Positions 44,656-58,133 of a stretch of DNA of 64,000 bases are shown here, piece after piece. The notes under the pieces were generated by a model. It saw only the letters and a list, made by a program, of their open reading frames with translations. It made no database searches and had not been told where the DNA came from. Source of the DNA: the human T2T-CHM13v2.0 reference genome, Homo sapiens; the NCBI RefSeq assembly GCF_009914755.1, contig NC_060937.1. One strand, given 5' to 3'. Position numbers and translations under genes: made by a program. Position 1 is the stretch's first letter; every line of letters starts with the position of its first letter.

Positions 44656-46609
44656 CTGTGACTTAGTATTTTAATTAGCAAATGTAGATAAATTAGAATA
44701 AAGTAAAATTTACTTTTTGGTCAAATGTTTAAAAAGGTCAATTTAAATTAGTGGACAATTTAAATCATAAAGCTTTTGAAGGCATGTAATTTATATAAAA
44801 TATAAAAACAAATAATTTCTTTTGATCAGTAAATTGTTATTTACTTAAATTCTAAGAATATTTATTTTATATTTATTTATTTAACTAATATTCATTGATA
44901 ACTTATAATAGCTAAATATATTGAATGAATGATTAAGTAGATGTTTGAAATATGAAAATGCTTGCATTTTGTTGAGTAGTTGATGAGGATTAACCTCTGT
45001 GATTAGTTAAATATGTTTGTATTTTTTGATCGGTATCACCATTTACTTCTAGGCAGGTTGTTTTATTCCTTAGATACTCTTTTTGATTACATAAGATAAA
45101 GAATAGCAATATATATTTCAAAAGGCTGATAAAAATATCAAATAAAAGATGTAATGTTTCTAGGCAAGTGCGTGGCTTATGGTAGTAGATTAATTAATGC
45201 AATTATCTTTAACATTACTATTTATTCAAAACTGTGTGAGAATCCTTGAAAACACTACCATCCTAATCTTTAAATATGGCAAATATAAAATAATTTGTCT
45301 TGAATATTGTATATAGTGTTTAGTTAAACATGAATTAAATGAACACACAAATACATTATAGACAATATATTAAGCCATAAAAAATGCCAGTCAACATAAG
45401 AATCTATATGTAGCATTTGCACACTGGAATTATGTTTCTTCAAATATGTTTATGAGTTAGTAGAGTTACTTTATCAAAAATGGGTTTAAAAAACATGAGA
45501 TTATGTCATATGATTTAATATCAATGTTTGCATTTCAATAGTGACATGGTTAAGCTAAAATATCTTAGCTTATGAATACAAATGACAGAACATCTAGTAT
45601 TAAACATTCCCATTTGTTGTCAAGATATTGTATTATTATCATTTTCAAAACCTCCGATAATTTATTTCCCAGCTATTTCATGTTTCTTTGTTCTTCACCT
45701 CTGATTTATGATTACAGTAAACTATGCTTATCTTTCTATCTTTGATACTATAGTACATAATAATTTGAAAATAATATTTTTCACAGATTCACTTGTATAG
45801 AGACAAGGTTCAATAGGGCTCATTTATATAAAATGCACATTTGCTTCTGTTGATTAATAACCAAGTGTAGACTATATTTTTCATCATACCACTTTCATTT
45901 GCATTTGTAACTGAGATTTCATAAGATAGTCAATAAATACAATTTACTTAAAATAATACTTCAAAGCAGATTCTTAGATGTGAGTATAATAGTTCATATT
46001 ATATTTCTTCTGTCTAGATAAGTAGTCTTATCTCTCGTCTTAAATTTAAAAAAAAAAAAAACCATATTGACATGCACAGGAAAATTATTCCAAATACATT
46101 CATCATCTAAAATGTTTTAAAACCTAATTGTAAGATATTTGAAAATCTCAGATGCAGTTTTCTTAGTCAATTTTTCACTTACATTAACTTTTAAAATGGG
46201 AATTTGATAGGTTTCTTAAAGCATACTGCTGCTTTGCTGATGTCAAGAAGTTCTAAATCTTCTACTCTTTGAGAAAAATAATGTTAAACACAATTTTTAT
46301 TCAACCAACTTCTTTAAAATTGTGCTCTGCAAGAAAGAGCTCCAGAAATATTACATACAATTTCTCTTTCTTTTTAATTCACATATGTAGATAACTTTCA
46401 ATTTTATTATATGTTAAATTTTTAAAAAACATTTTCAAATGTGAGAACTTGACACATTAAAAATAGAATCAATGTGATAAATAAAACTACCTGCTTTATC
46501 TCACATTCCATAATGAAAACTTTTGGTTTCATGTATTAAGCACTGTGACAAATTCTGCCAGACAGAGTATGTAAAGAGAAAAGAGGAGTTGAAGGAGCAA
46601 GTTAGTTTT

Positions 46610-46790
46610 TCATCTTAGTGTGTCTTCTCATGCACATTACATTTACTACATATGAGGATTAGTCTTCTGCTTCATAAACTGGGAATTATAATGATTGTCT
46701 CTACTCATTCATAGGGATACCATAAAGATGCATTAATGCATACCAAAACGTTTTGTAAGTCGAGAGTTAACGTAAATACAAGATGTTATT
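46610..46790 (+). mobile_element. MIR fragment
   Basis: TTAGTCTTCTGCTTCATAAACTGGGAATTATAAT..CTACTCATTCATAGGG..GTAAATACAAGATGTTATT. Confidence 0.45.
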
Positions 46791-47344
46791 GTTTCTAAGG
46801 TATTGCTCAGAAAAGAAATAGTACAAAGTGGATTCTACTATAAACCTAATTATATTGGTGATTTCTAATGGCTTAATATGATGACATTTTAAAAAATCTA
46901 TTTGATATCAGTGTTTTCTATCACCAGGATCTTAATGACCAAGAAAGGAGAGGTTTATTAATCCAAACTTGTTGATCTTTCTGTTTTCAATGACCTACGA
47001 ATAAGCAGAATTTTATCCTGCATCCTATTATGTTCTAAGCCCTTTGGGTCTAATGTTATAATTGTGTTTGTAAACCAGCTGGTCACAATGATTAAAATGA
47101 TGTTGAAATGAAGTCTGGCCTTAGGAACATTTTCACACTAATTCCGGCTGTCAAAGCACAATCTTTGGTACCAAGCAGGACATGCCCCTGTTCCTATGGT
47201 GAATAATTATAAACCATATTAGAATAGCATAGAAAATAATATAATTTTAGAATATAAATTGAAATATGATAGTAAATAGACTACTTAATAGCAAATTAAC
47301 CATTTATATTAGAAGTAAAATAGGTGCTAAAGATATTTTATTAC

Positions 47345-47680
47345 TTAATTTATTTAAAATATATTCATTGATAATTTATAATAGCTCAATGGACTATTAA
47401 ATTAAGTGTCATGTAGGCATTCTCCTCTAATTTAATGAAGAAACCGAATATCATATTGACAATGAGACAAAACATCAGATAATGGTACTTTTAATATATA
47501 TAGGAGCAAATAGGAGAAACTTCTACATAAAGAGATAAAAGTCAAAAAAGTCATCTCAGAAAAAAAATTACTTGACTTTTAAAAATAAGGAGCAATTAAC
47601 ACAATGAAGGGAAAGGTCAGAGGGAAAATATACTAGAAGGAACAAGGGTCTGAAACAGTTGGCATATTTAAAGAAATGTT
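47345..47680 (-). mobile_element. L2 fragment
   Basis: Reverse L2 3'-end-like ATATATTCATTGA followed by a purine-rich L2-like body. Confidence 0.4.
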
Positions 47681-48150
47681 ACTTCATATGTTTAATTTTT
47701 ATAATCATTTCATCCCGTTCTGTTAAATTAAAGTAAATTAGACTTAGTGCTTCTAGACATAATATACATAAGGCCACCATTCATACTTTCAAAACAGGTA
47801 AACATTCTTTATTTTATAATTTGTCTGAGCTCACAGAAAGTGTATTTTGTTGAGAGTAGTCAAAACAAAAAGTATGTAATCACATAATGAGTTAAAGTGG
47901 TTACTTTTATGTCAACTCAATCTATTTTTTTCTTTTAGTGGTAAATACACGGTCCTTTTAAATTCCCCTACTGTTTCATACAAAACAAAATTATACTAAA
48001 TAAAGGAAATTATTTTAGTGGTATAGTTTACAGTCATCAATCTTTTTCTTCTGTATTATTTCATATGTATGTTTTTCCTTTTTGCTTTTATTTGTTTTGC
48101 ACCTTGAGATTTTATTAGCAGGTTATTTTTAGAATATTATGTGCTGTTGA

Positions 48151-48492
<342 letters not shown>

Positions 48493-51264
48493 TTATGTTT
48501 ACTTTTTTTTTTTTAACTTGAGAAGAATTTTTTTCTTTCTAAAGTTCAGAAACAATTAGATTCAATAATAACTCATTTCAGTTTGTGTGTATCAACACAG
48601 ACAAGAATTTAGGATTTTATGGCTCTTTGAAATATACCTTTCTGGTAACAGACTTTTAGAGAACATTCTATTTAGTGACCATAGAGGCATTTGTCAGCTC
48701 TTTGTTACTTCCATATAATACATTGAATTTTTATTTGAATATAATAAATAAAGAGATGGACTTGCATTTATTGTTTTTATTCATCAAAAATGGAATTCAT
48801 TTTGTTCTTAAAGTATCTATAGACATTTTGGAGACATGAAGGATTTAGAAATTTGGAAGCTTTGAAGTAGATAGCTATAGTAAAGTTCCCACTATCAATC
48901 ATTTTGTCATAAATTATCCCAATCGAAGGTTAGAGGAGAGAATATACAAGCCAGAGTTTGTGGCAGAAAATTTAAGTTTGTGGTTATAGACATAGTTATA
49001 AGATATTTATATCAGAATCCTTTTGCTTTACCACAATTTTATTTAGGCAAATCTTACTGAATTACATTTTACATATATTACAATAGGTAATTTAAAAATT
49101 GTATGGGTTCATTGATGTCACAGAGATGATGAATAAGGCAGCTCCAAAATTTGTTTCCTACACTGAAGCAACTTTCTACATGGCATAAAATGACCAAATC
49201 AATTTTTGGAACTATAGAAAGTAATCAGATACTTATAGGAAACAGGGTAGTACCTATTAACAATGAGGTTACTAAACGTTAATAAGAAAGCATTGATATG
49301 CATATGCACTAAACAACACAGCCCAAAATATATTACGCAAATATTGACAGAATTGAAGGGAGAAATAGGCAGGTATATAATAGTAGTTAAAAATGGTAAC
49401 ACATATCTTTCATTAATGAATAGAACATCTAGGTGGAAAATAAATAAAGCAAAATCGAGAGCTTGAAAACTATTGTAAATAAACTAGACCTAACAATAAC
49501 ATATAAAACACTTTAGCCAACAACAGAAGAATACACATTTTTAAAGTGCATATGGAATTACAGCTGGGTAGGCCAGATATTAAGTTACAATAAAAGTTGT
49601 CAATAAATTTAAAAATTGATATTATACTAAGTATAATCTCAGACCACAATGGAAGAAATCTGGAAGTTAAAAACAAAAAGAAAACAGGAAAATGCACAAA
49701 TGTTGTGTAAACCACACACTACTAAATAATCAATGGGTAAAAACATTTATAAAAATAAGTAGAAAATACACAAAGACAAAAAACATAGCATACCAAAACT
49801 TATGGGATGCAATGAAACCAATGTTCAATGAGAAATTTAGAGCTGTCAATGCCTACATTAGAAAAAAAATCTAAAATCAATAACATAATTTTACATTTTG
49901 TAGAACTAGACAATGTATAGCAAACTAAAATCATTGCTGAGAAATAATAAGGATCAAAGAAGAGAGAAAAGAAATAGATTATTTTTAAAAAATAAGTTTG
50001 GGAGAATTAATACAACTAGGAGTTGTTCTTTAAAAAGATTAATAAAATTGGCAAAGCTTTAGCTAAATATTAAGAAAATAGAAAAAAGATAGAAATAACT
50101 AAAAGCAGACATGAAAGTGGAGATACTACTTCCAAGCTTACAAAAAGGATTACAAAAGTACTATAAACAATTATATGTCAACAAATTAAATAACTAAGAT
50201 CAATTTGATAAATTTAGAAACACAATTGTTACCTATCAGAATCAAGAAAAAATTAAAAAAACTCAACACCTTAAAAAAGTAAAGGAGTTGAATCTGCAAT
50301 TGTACACATCCGAACAAACGAAATGTCCAGGGACAGATGGCTTCACTTTAAATGCTACCAAATATTTAAAGATAAATTAACAATACCTCTCAAAATCTTC
50401 AAAAGTTCTATAAAAATGGACCACTTTCCAACTCATTTTATGATGTCAGCATTACCCTGATTCCAAAGCCAGAAAACTAAATCACAAGATAAAATAATTA
50501 CAGACCAATATCCCTTATGAATATAAATTTTTAAAATCTCAATAAAACATGAAAAAATAAACCTAACAGAATATCTTTTAAAAGTATAGAGCATGACAAA
50601 AGTAGAATTTAGCCCAGGAATGCATGGGCAGTTCAATATAAGAAAATAATCACTGAGATGCATCCCATCAGTAAAAAAATATTAAAAAACACACATGAAA
50701 ATCTAAATAAGCAGAATAGGCACCTGTCAATATTCAACCCTCTTCCATGATAAAAACACTTAGAAAACTAGAAATAGAAGAGAACTTCAACATAATGAAG
50801 GGCTTTTACTAAAAAGCGGAGCTAACATCATGCTCAATGGTCAAGGGCTGATAGCTTCTTCCTAAATATAGGAAAAAGACAAAAATAATCCCTTACAACT
50901 TTGCTAATCAGCCTTGTATTGGAAGTTGTAACCAGAACCATTTATTAAAAAAAAAAAAGCTATCCAAACTGCAAAAGGAAATGTAAAACTATATTCACAG
51001 GTGACTTGCTCTTATATATAGGATATCCCACAGAATCCACAAAGAAAGATGTCAGAGCTGATAAAACAAATTCATCAGTGTTGCAAAGCATGATATTAAC
51101 ATGCAAAAAGTGGTTGCATTTGAACGTGTCCACAAAGAATATAATTGAAAAGGAAATTCAGCGAACATTTCTATTTACAAAAGCATTCAAAAGTTTAAAA
51201 CAACTAGCATTAAATGTCGCCAAGATTTGTAAGACTTAAAATTAAATGAACAAACAAAAAACCT

Positions 51265-51540
51265 GGCCAGGGGTGGTGGGTCACGCCTGTAATCCCAGCA
51301 CTTTGGGAGATTGAGGCGGGTGGATCACCTGAGGTCAGGAATTCGAGACCAGCCTGGCCAACATGGTAAAACCCCATCTCTACTAAAAATACAAAATTAG
51401 CCTGGTGTGGTAGAATGCACTTGTAGTCCCAGCTACTCAGGAGGCGGAGGCAGGAGAATCTCTTGAATCTGGGAAGCAGAGGTTGCATTGAACAAAGATC
51501 ATGGCACTGCACCAGAACAAGAATCCTTTTCAAAAAAGAA
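51265..51540 (+). mobile_element. AluSx-type SINE
   Basis: GGCCAGGGGTGGTGGGTCACGCCTGTAATCCCAGC..GGATCACCTGAGGTCAGGA. Small deletion near the 3' end. Confidence 0.95.
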
Positions 51541-51542
51541 AA

Positions 51543-51689
51543 CCTATTAACTTGTCATTTAGCATTAGGTATATCTCCTAAAGCTATCCCTCACCAGCAT
51601 GGCACATGTATACATATGTAACTAACCTGCACATTGTGCACATGTACCCTAAAACTTAAAGTATAATAATAATAAAATTTAAAAAAAAA
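51543..51689 (+). mobile_element. Miniature L1PA3-like insertion with 5' inversion
   Basis: 51543-51592 is the reverse complement of 3'UTR GAGGGATAGC..ATGCTAAATGACAAGTTAATAGG. From 51592 the sequence is forward CACCAGCATGGCACATG..AAAACTTAAAGTATAAT plus an A-tail. Confidence 0.9.
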
Positions 51690-52804
51690 CTATAAGACAT
51701 TGCTAGAATAAATTAACAAACAGAACAAATGGAATGTATCCCAATTTTATGGATTAGAAGTTGTAATATTGTTATGATAGCAAGAAATCCAGAGCAACCA
51801 ACAAATTTAACATAATTCCTACCAACATTCAAATACTAATTTTTTTGCAGAAATAGAAAAGCCGACTTTCAAATTTATATGGAATTATAATGGGCAAAAG
51901 CAGTGTTGGAAAATAAAAGGCAACATTAGAGATCTCACTTTTCCCAGTTTCAGAACTTACTACAAATGCTCTGAAAACAACATTATGAGGCTGACATAAG
52001 GATAGGCATAAAAACTAATGGGAGAGAATTCAAAATTCAAAAATAAACCTATATGTCCATAGCCAATTGACTTCTTTTTAAAGAGTCCCAAGAAAACTTA
52101 ATAGGGGAGAATATTCTGTTCAATGAATAATGTTTAGATAACTGAATTTTCACATATAGAAGAATAAAGATTTAACCATATTTCACACAATATACAAAAA
52201 TCAATGCAAAATGTATCAATGACCTAAATATAAGAGATGAAAGTATAAAACCATTGGAAGAAAATATATGACATACATGGATAAATTTTCATGACCTAGA
52301 TTTAGGCAACTAGATTTTAGATATGACACCAGAAGCATGAGAAACAACAACAAAAAATGGATAAAATAAAACATTTACAAACAATATATGTGATAAGGTT
52401 AGATTTTCAGAATATAAACAGAGTTAGTACAAATTAACAACAAAAAGTACTCCAAACAACTCAAATAATGGGAGGAGAAATTAGCTATTTCTCCAAAGAA
52501 TATATCAATTTCCCAAAAACACATGAAAAATGCTCCATCAATGTCATTTGTCAACAGGAAAACTCACATCAAAGCCACAATGAAATACAACTGTTCATTA
52601 ACTAGAATGTCTAGAATTTTTTCCAAAATAGAAAATAACAAATGGTGAGAGTGTGCAAAAATTGTAAGCCTCACCTATCGCTGGTGGGAATGTAAAATGA
52701 AGCAGCTACAGCAGAAAAAAGTTAAGTCTAAGAAGATAAACATAGCATTAGCATTTGTCTCAGCAAATTCACACATAGATAAATACATGAAAGAACAAAA
52801 AATA

Positions 52805-53092
52805 GGCCAGGTCCAGTGGCTCACACCAGTAATTCCAGCTTTGGGAGGCCAAGGCGGGAGGCTCTCATGGGCACAGGAGTTCAAGACCAGACTGGGCAAT
52901 ATGGCAGGACTCCATCTCTATAAAATAAAATAAAAGTTAGCCAGGCTTGGTGGTACTCATCTGTAGTCCCAGCTACTCAGGAGGCTGAGGTGGGAGAATC
53001 ACATAAGCTTGGGAAATTGAGGCTGCAATGAGCCATGAACATGACACTACACTCCAGCCTAGGTAACAGACCAAGACCCAGTCTCAAAAAAA
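52805..53092 (+). mobile_element. AluJ
   Basis: J diagnostics GGGAGGCTC..CAGGAGTTCAAGACCAG.CTGGGCAA..GAGGCTGCAATGAGCCATG. Confidence 0.92.
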
Positions 53093-53151
53093 TTATATAT
53101 ATATGTATATACACATAATGTTTATATATATATATGTATATATAAACATTA
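53093..53151. repeat. (TA)n tract containing a 36-bp near-perfect palindrome
   Basis: TAATGTTTATATATA-TATATG-TATATATAAACATTA (53116-53151). Confidence 0.85.
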
Positions 53152-54494
53152 AACCAAAAAGTATACTTGTAGGTGAATGTTCATCGCAGCATTAGTTACC
53201 ATAGTCAGAAGATAGAAACAACTTAAGTGTCCATCAAAAGCTGAATGGTTAAGTGAATTTTTATGTATATACAATAAAACATGAAGAAGTCATAAAAAGA
53301 ATGAAGTTTTAATACATGCTACATAATGAATGAACCTTGAATAAAACAGTCTCTATTCACAAATAACATAATCCTATAGAGAAATCTCAAATGATTCACA
53401 CCAAAATTGCTAGAGCTAATAAATGAATGAAGCAGAGTTGCAGGATGCAACACCAAACACCAAAATCATTTATGCTTTTAAACACCAGCAGTAAACAATC
53501 TGGAAAGGAACTCAGAAAGCAATTCCATTTACAACAGTATCTAAACATCTAAAATTACTAAATTTAAATTTAACAAAGCAGGTGAAAGACTTGTGCGTTG
53601 AAAGCAACAAAATATTGCCAAAAGAAATTAAAGAAAACCTAAATAAACAAAAAGACAACTCATGTTCATGGATTTAATGACTCATTGTTAAGATGGCAAT
53701 GATATACCAAGCCACCTTGAGATAGAAATTGTTGCATAATTAGCAACAGATGATGGTTACACAGCATTACGAATGTATAAAACGGTACTAAATATTCACT
53801 TTAAAATGGGTAATGATATGTATTAATATGTAAATTTCAACTCAGTTTAAAAGAAGATGAAATAAAAAATTTGCATTGGATCATTCAGTTACATATCTCC
53901 TAAAATTTATGAAGTTTAAGAGTGTTGCAGAAGCACAAAATTAACTAAAGCACTGATATATAGAATGCATAACTCATGGTAAAATGTAAGGTATTCTGAC
54001 ATAGCCCCTCTTCATTTTTAACATTTTCAGGGCTATGTGTGATGCTTGATAACCCTTGTTTGATCTTTTCTTTCTTATAAATGCTTTTCTCTAAGTGAAA
54101 GCTTTTAGAGCATTAAAAATGTATGCTCTATTTATAATTAATATTTTGTTGATACAGATGAAAAGAGTTACATATCATCTTACATAGTATTTATGAATTG
54201 TACAATTTTATGTCTGATAATCACATACTGAACAATATTGGGTAAAAATTTTGGATTTCAATGTATCATATTAATTTCACAAATGCAGAGATTTATTAGA
54301 GGAAGATAAATGTTTATATCTGAACTAGTAATGAGTGATGAGATGCTATGAACTTCTGGGAAAAAATATACTTGAATACAGTTATTCCATAAGGCACAGT
54401 CACCTACAGGTAACTGTTTTGGTTGTTTGTTTGTTTGTTTGTTTCTAATGGTTTGCTTCTGTTCTTACATTGATGGTTGATAGCAAATTGGTAG

Positions 54495-54832
54495 CCACTA
54501 TGTTCTGTGTCCCCCCCAAATTTATATGTTGAAACCTAGTTACCAAAGTGATGGTATTAGAAGATGAGGCCTTTGGGAGGTCATTCAATTATGAAGGCTC
54601 ATTAGCAGCCTTATGAAAGATGCCTCAGAGAGTAACCTTACCTCTCCCACCATGTGAAAACACAAGGAAAAGAGATCATCTACAAATCACAAAGCGAGTC
54701 CTCATCAGGTATTAAATCTGCCAGTGACTTCATCTTGGAATTTCTAGCCTTGAGAATTGTGAGAAATACTTTTCTGTTGCTTATAATTCTCTTCATTTGT
54801 GGTATTTTATTATAGTAGCCTAAATGAACTCT
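54495..54832 (+). mobile_element. MLT1A-type MaLR solo LTR
   Basis: GTGTCCCCCCCAAATTTATATGTTGAAACC..GTGATGGTATTAG..GGCCTTTGGGAGGT..GAATTGTGAGAAATA..GGTATTTTATTATAGTAGCC. Confidence 0.85.
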
Positions 54833-55070
54833 GTTAAGAAAAAGCTAGAAAGACATAATAATAATATGGTTTCAATGATACAAAGACTATAAAATTATGC
54901 TCCCCTACTCCAGTTTGATATAAGATATAAACTGGTCCGATCATGACAACAGAAGAGAAATTATTAATAAAAATGTTCAAAAAAACTTGGTCCAGATTTT
55001 TCATTGCCTCAGTTAATCTTGAGATGCCAAACTTTTGACTACCTTTTCAGTAAATTACCATAAAAATGTA

Positions 55071-55120
55071 CTTATCTATCTATCTATCTATCATCTATCA
55101 TCTTTCTATCACCTATCTAA
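55071..55120. repeat. (TATC)n microsatellite
   Basis: Seen directly. Confidence 0.85.
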
Positions 55121-57126
55121 CTTTGATAATAATATTAGGTGATTAATAAAAATGCAGATACATTAAATAGGAAAATAGATCAGTAGAATATTTCTGATTT
55201 TGTATAAATCTTTTTGGAGAGTACATTTTGAAAAAATGTTAAGAAAATATATTTTTTGCATTTAAGAGAATTTGGCAAAATACATAAAATGTGCTTCTTG
55301 GATGTTTATGAGAATTACTTTGGTAAGTTATTTTACTAATAAATTACTTAGAAAATGATAATAAAATTGAAATTCAGATTTTATTTTATCTAAAAAATAT
55401 AAAACTATAAGAAATATTTATATTTTATGAATTTAAACAAAATTGAGAATTAAATTATTTTTCTCCTTATATTAAAGTCTTATGCAATGTCTTAGGAATA
55501 AATGTTAGGAGACATTAAATAACTGTTGCAATATCTTTTTTATTGCTGTATACTTAACAAATTTTTCCATTAAGAAAGCAGCATTTATGAATTCCAACAC
55601 ATGTACATAAAATACAAATGTTCCAAAGGAATTGATTGGTTTCAGATGAATGAACATTTCACCCATCTAGTGAGTAGTTTTTATGTTGTCTGAATTTTTC
55701 TCTAAGGGCTTAAAAGATAATGCTATTGAACAAACTAAATTATATTCCCCCATCTCAACATCATTAGAATAATGTATTTGACAACAATATAGTTCATATA
55801 GCACAAGAAATAACAAATATGATGAAACATACAGACATCACATGCAAACACACACACACTTATAGACAGATGCACATATTTTCCTTGTACCATCACAGCA
55901 TTTTTAGTGGATATATATTTTTTTCTGCTGCTCAAGATTGAACCATGCACCCCACTCCTAATTTTTCTGTCTCAGTTCCTTTAATTATCATTCTCTGCCC
56001 TCACTATTTAATTGCTCCATTTTCACTGACTTCCCTCCTTTGCCTACAACATATTCTAAAACCTAATAAACTAATGACATATTGAAACAGGCAGAAAAAC
56101 AGAACATGCAACTTCTGACATTTCATTACCCACTAAGGTCCACAAATATGATGTCTGTTTCTTCATTTCTCACACAATCTTAGACCCATCAAAACCTAGG
56201 TACACATTTTTTTTATATGTGGCTCTGTGATTTGGGGATAAACACAAAAGCATGCATGCAATAGAAAGGTTCTAGAGTAAACTTACTCCACCTACACTGT
56301 ATCCATCAACTTGCCCACATAGTCATAGTGACAGAGAGATTTGAGTTTTTTGACTATTGGCAGAGGTCATAGAAAGAGAAAGGTATATTTTCTAAAATGT
56401 AAAAAACTCAGGAGATACTCTGCTGATGAGGATGCTGGTATCAATCCTTTTCTAACTGTCTATGCAGAAGAAAATTTGTTTTTTTCAATATGTCCCAAAA
56501 TATCACTTTTTAAAAATACAATAAAGACAATAATATAAAAATTAAAAAATGCATGTCAAATAAAAACTATTGTTTTATTATTGTCAACAGATATAAAATT
56601 ATTGTTAGATTGTTTTCAATATGCATATAAGTTGTTATCCTCAATTTCAGTACTTATGTCTCAAACTATGACCTAACATTTATCAGATAAGCCTGGGTCC
56701 AAAGCCACATCTCTTTATCATTATAACTATTTTCGCTCAAAAATGACTTTACCTTGTAATGCCTAAAGATTAAAAAAAATAATGTGTGGTTTCCATTAGT
56801 TGGAATATGCAATATTCTGTTTTCAATAATGGATTGAAGAGGTAGACAAAAGACCAAGAACGAATATAAATGAACAAAACTACAAACCATCTAAACCTAA
56901 TCAACAACTATAGAACATTTTACATGAGAATATGTATTCTCTCCATGATAGATCATACCATAATTGGATCCTAAAACAATCTAAATAAATATAATGGAAT
57001 TAAGAAGATACAAATTATGTTTTCTGACCCCAACTAAATAAAATTAATTGAGGATTTGGAAAATTGACAAATATGTAGAAATTAAACATATTTCTAAAAT
57101 ATATTCAATTAAGACATCTAAAAAGA

Positions 57127-57442
57127 GGCTGGGCAGGGTAGCTCATGCCTATAATCTCAGCACTTTGAGAGGCCTAGGTGGGTGGGCCACTTGACATCAA
57201 GAGTTTGAGACCAGTCTGACCAACATGGTGAAATCCCGTTTCTATTAAAAATACAAAAATTAGCCAGGCATGCTGGTGGGTGCCTGTAATCCCAGATACT
57301 CAGGAAGCTAAGGTGAGAGAATCACTTGAACCTGGGAGGTGGAGGTTGCAGGGAGCCAAGATAGTGCTACTGAACTCCAGCCTGGATGACAGTGCAAGAC
57401 TCTGTCCAAAAAAAAAAAAAAAGAAAGAAAAAGAAAAAAGAA
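57127..57442 (+). mobile_element. AluS-type SINE
   Basis: Full dimer with TSD AAGACATCTAAAAAGA (57111-57126) / AAGAAATCTAAAAAGA (57438-57453). Confidence 0.95.
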
Positions 57443-57764
57443 ATCTAAAAAGAAATTAGCAAATACATTTAGATGAGGAAAATTGAAAATAAAAATCAAA
57501 AAACCTTATGAGACTCACCTAAACCAATACTTTGATGAAAAAGGTATTTAATCTTGAAAAAGTAGAAAAACCTGTAGGACTCAAATGTTCAAACTCCAAA
57601 ATTTACTATGGGGACTATGGTAGTTAAGACAATGTAATACTGGCATAATAATAGACATAAAGATCAATGAAATAGAATTAAAACTTTGGAAATAAACTGT
57701 TACACTTATGGTCAAATGGTTTTTGACAAAGGTACCAACAAATTTCAATGAAGTAAAGAATATG

Positions 57765-58133
57765 TGATATGGTTTCAGTGTGCCCCCACCCAAATCTTAT
57801 CTTGAATGGTAAATCCCACAATTCCTATGTGTTGTGGGAGGAACCTGGTAGGATGTGATTGAATTATGGGGGAAGTTCTTTCCTGCACTGTTCTTGTGAT
57901 AGTGAATGAGTCTCATGAGATCTGATGGTTTTAAAAGCAGGCGTTTCCCTGCACAAGCTCCCTCTTTGCCTGTCACCATCCATATAAGATGGGATTTGCT
58001 CCTCCTTGACGTCTGCCATGATTGTGAGGTCTCCCTAGCCATGTAGTGCTGTAAGTTCAATAAACCTCTTTCTTTTCTAGATTGCCCAGTCTCAGGTATG
58101 TCTTTATCAGCAGCATGAAAACACACTAATACA
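57765..58133 (+). mobile_element. THE1B-like solo LTR
   Basis: TGATATGGTTT..CCCCACCCAAATCT..TTTCCCTGCACAAGCTC..CAATAAACCTCTTTC..CTAATACA. TSD ATATG/ATAGG. Confidence 0.92.

Larger units (their letters stand above)
49120..53830 (+). mobile_element. Old LINE-1 (L1M4/L1MB-type) with nested Alus and a mini-L1
   Basis: Decayed ORF2 from the endonuclease (TTGACAGAATTGAAGGGAGAAATAG) through RT (CAGACCAATATCCCTTATGAATATA) to an L1MB-like 3' end at ~53720-53830. Confidence 0.85.

Noticed and set aside
47178-47187. Perfect p53 half-site GGACATGCCC
   Set aside because: No adjacent second half-site. Expected by chance in 64 kb.
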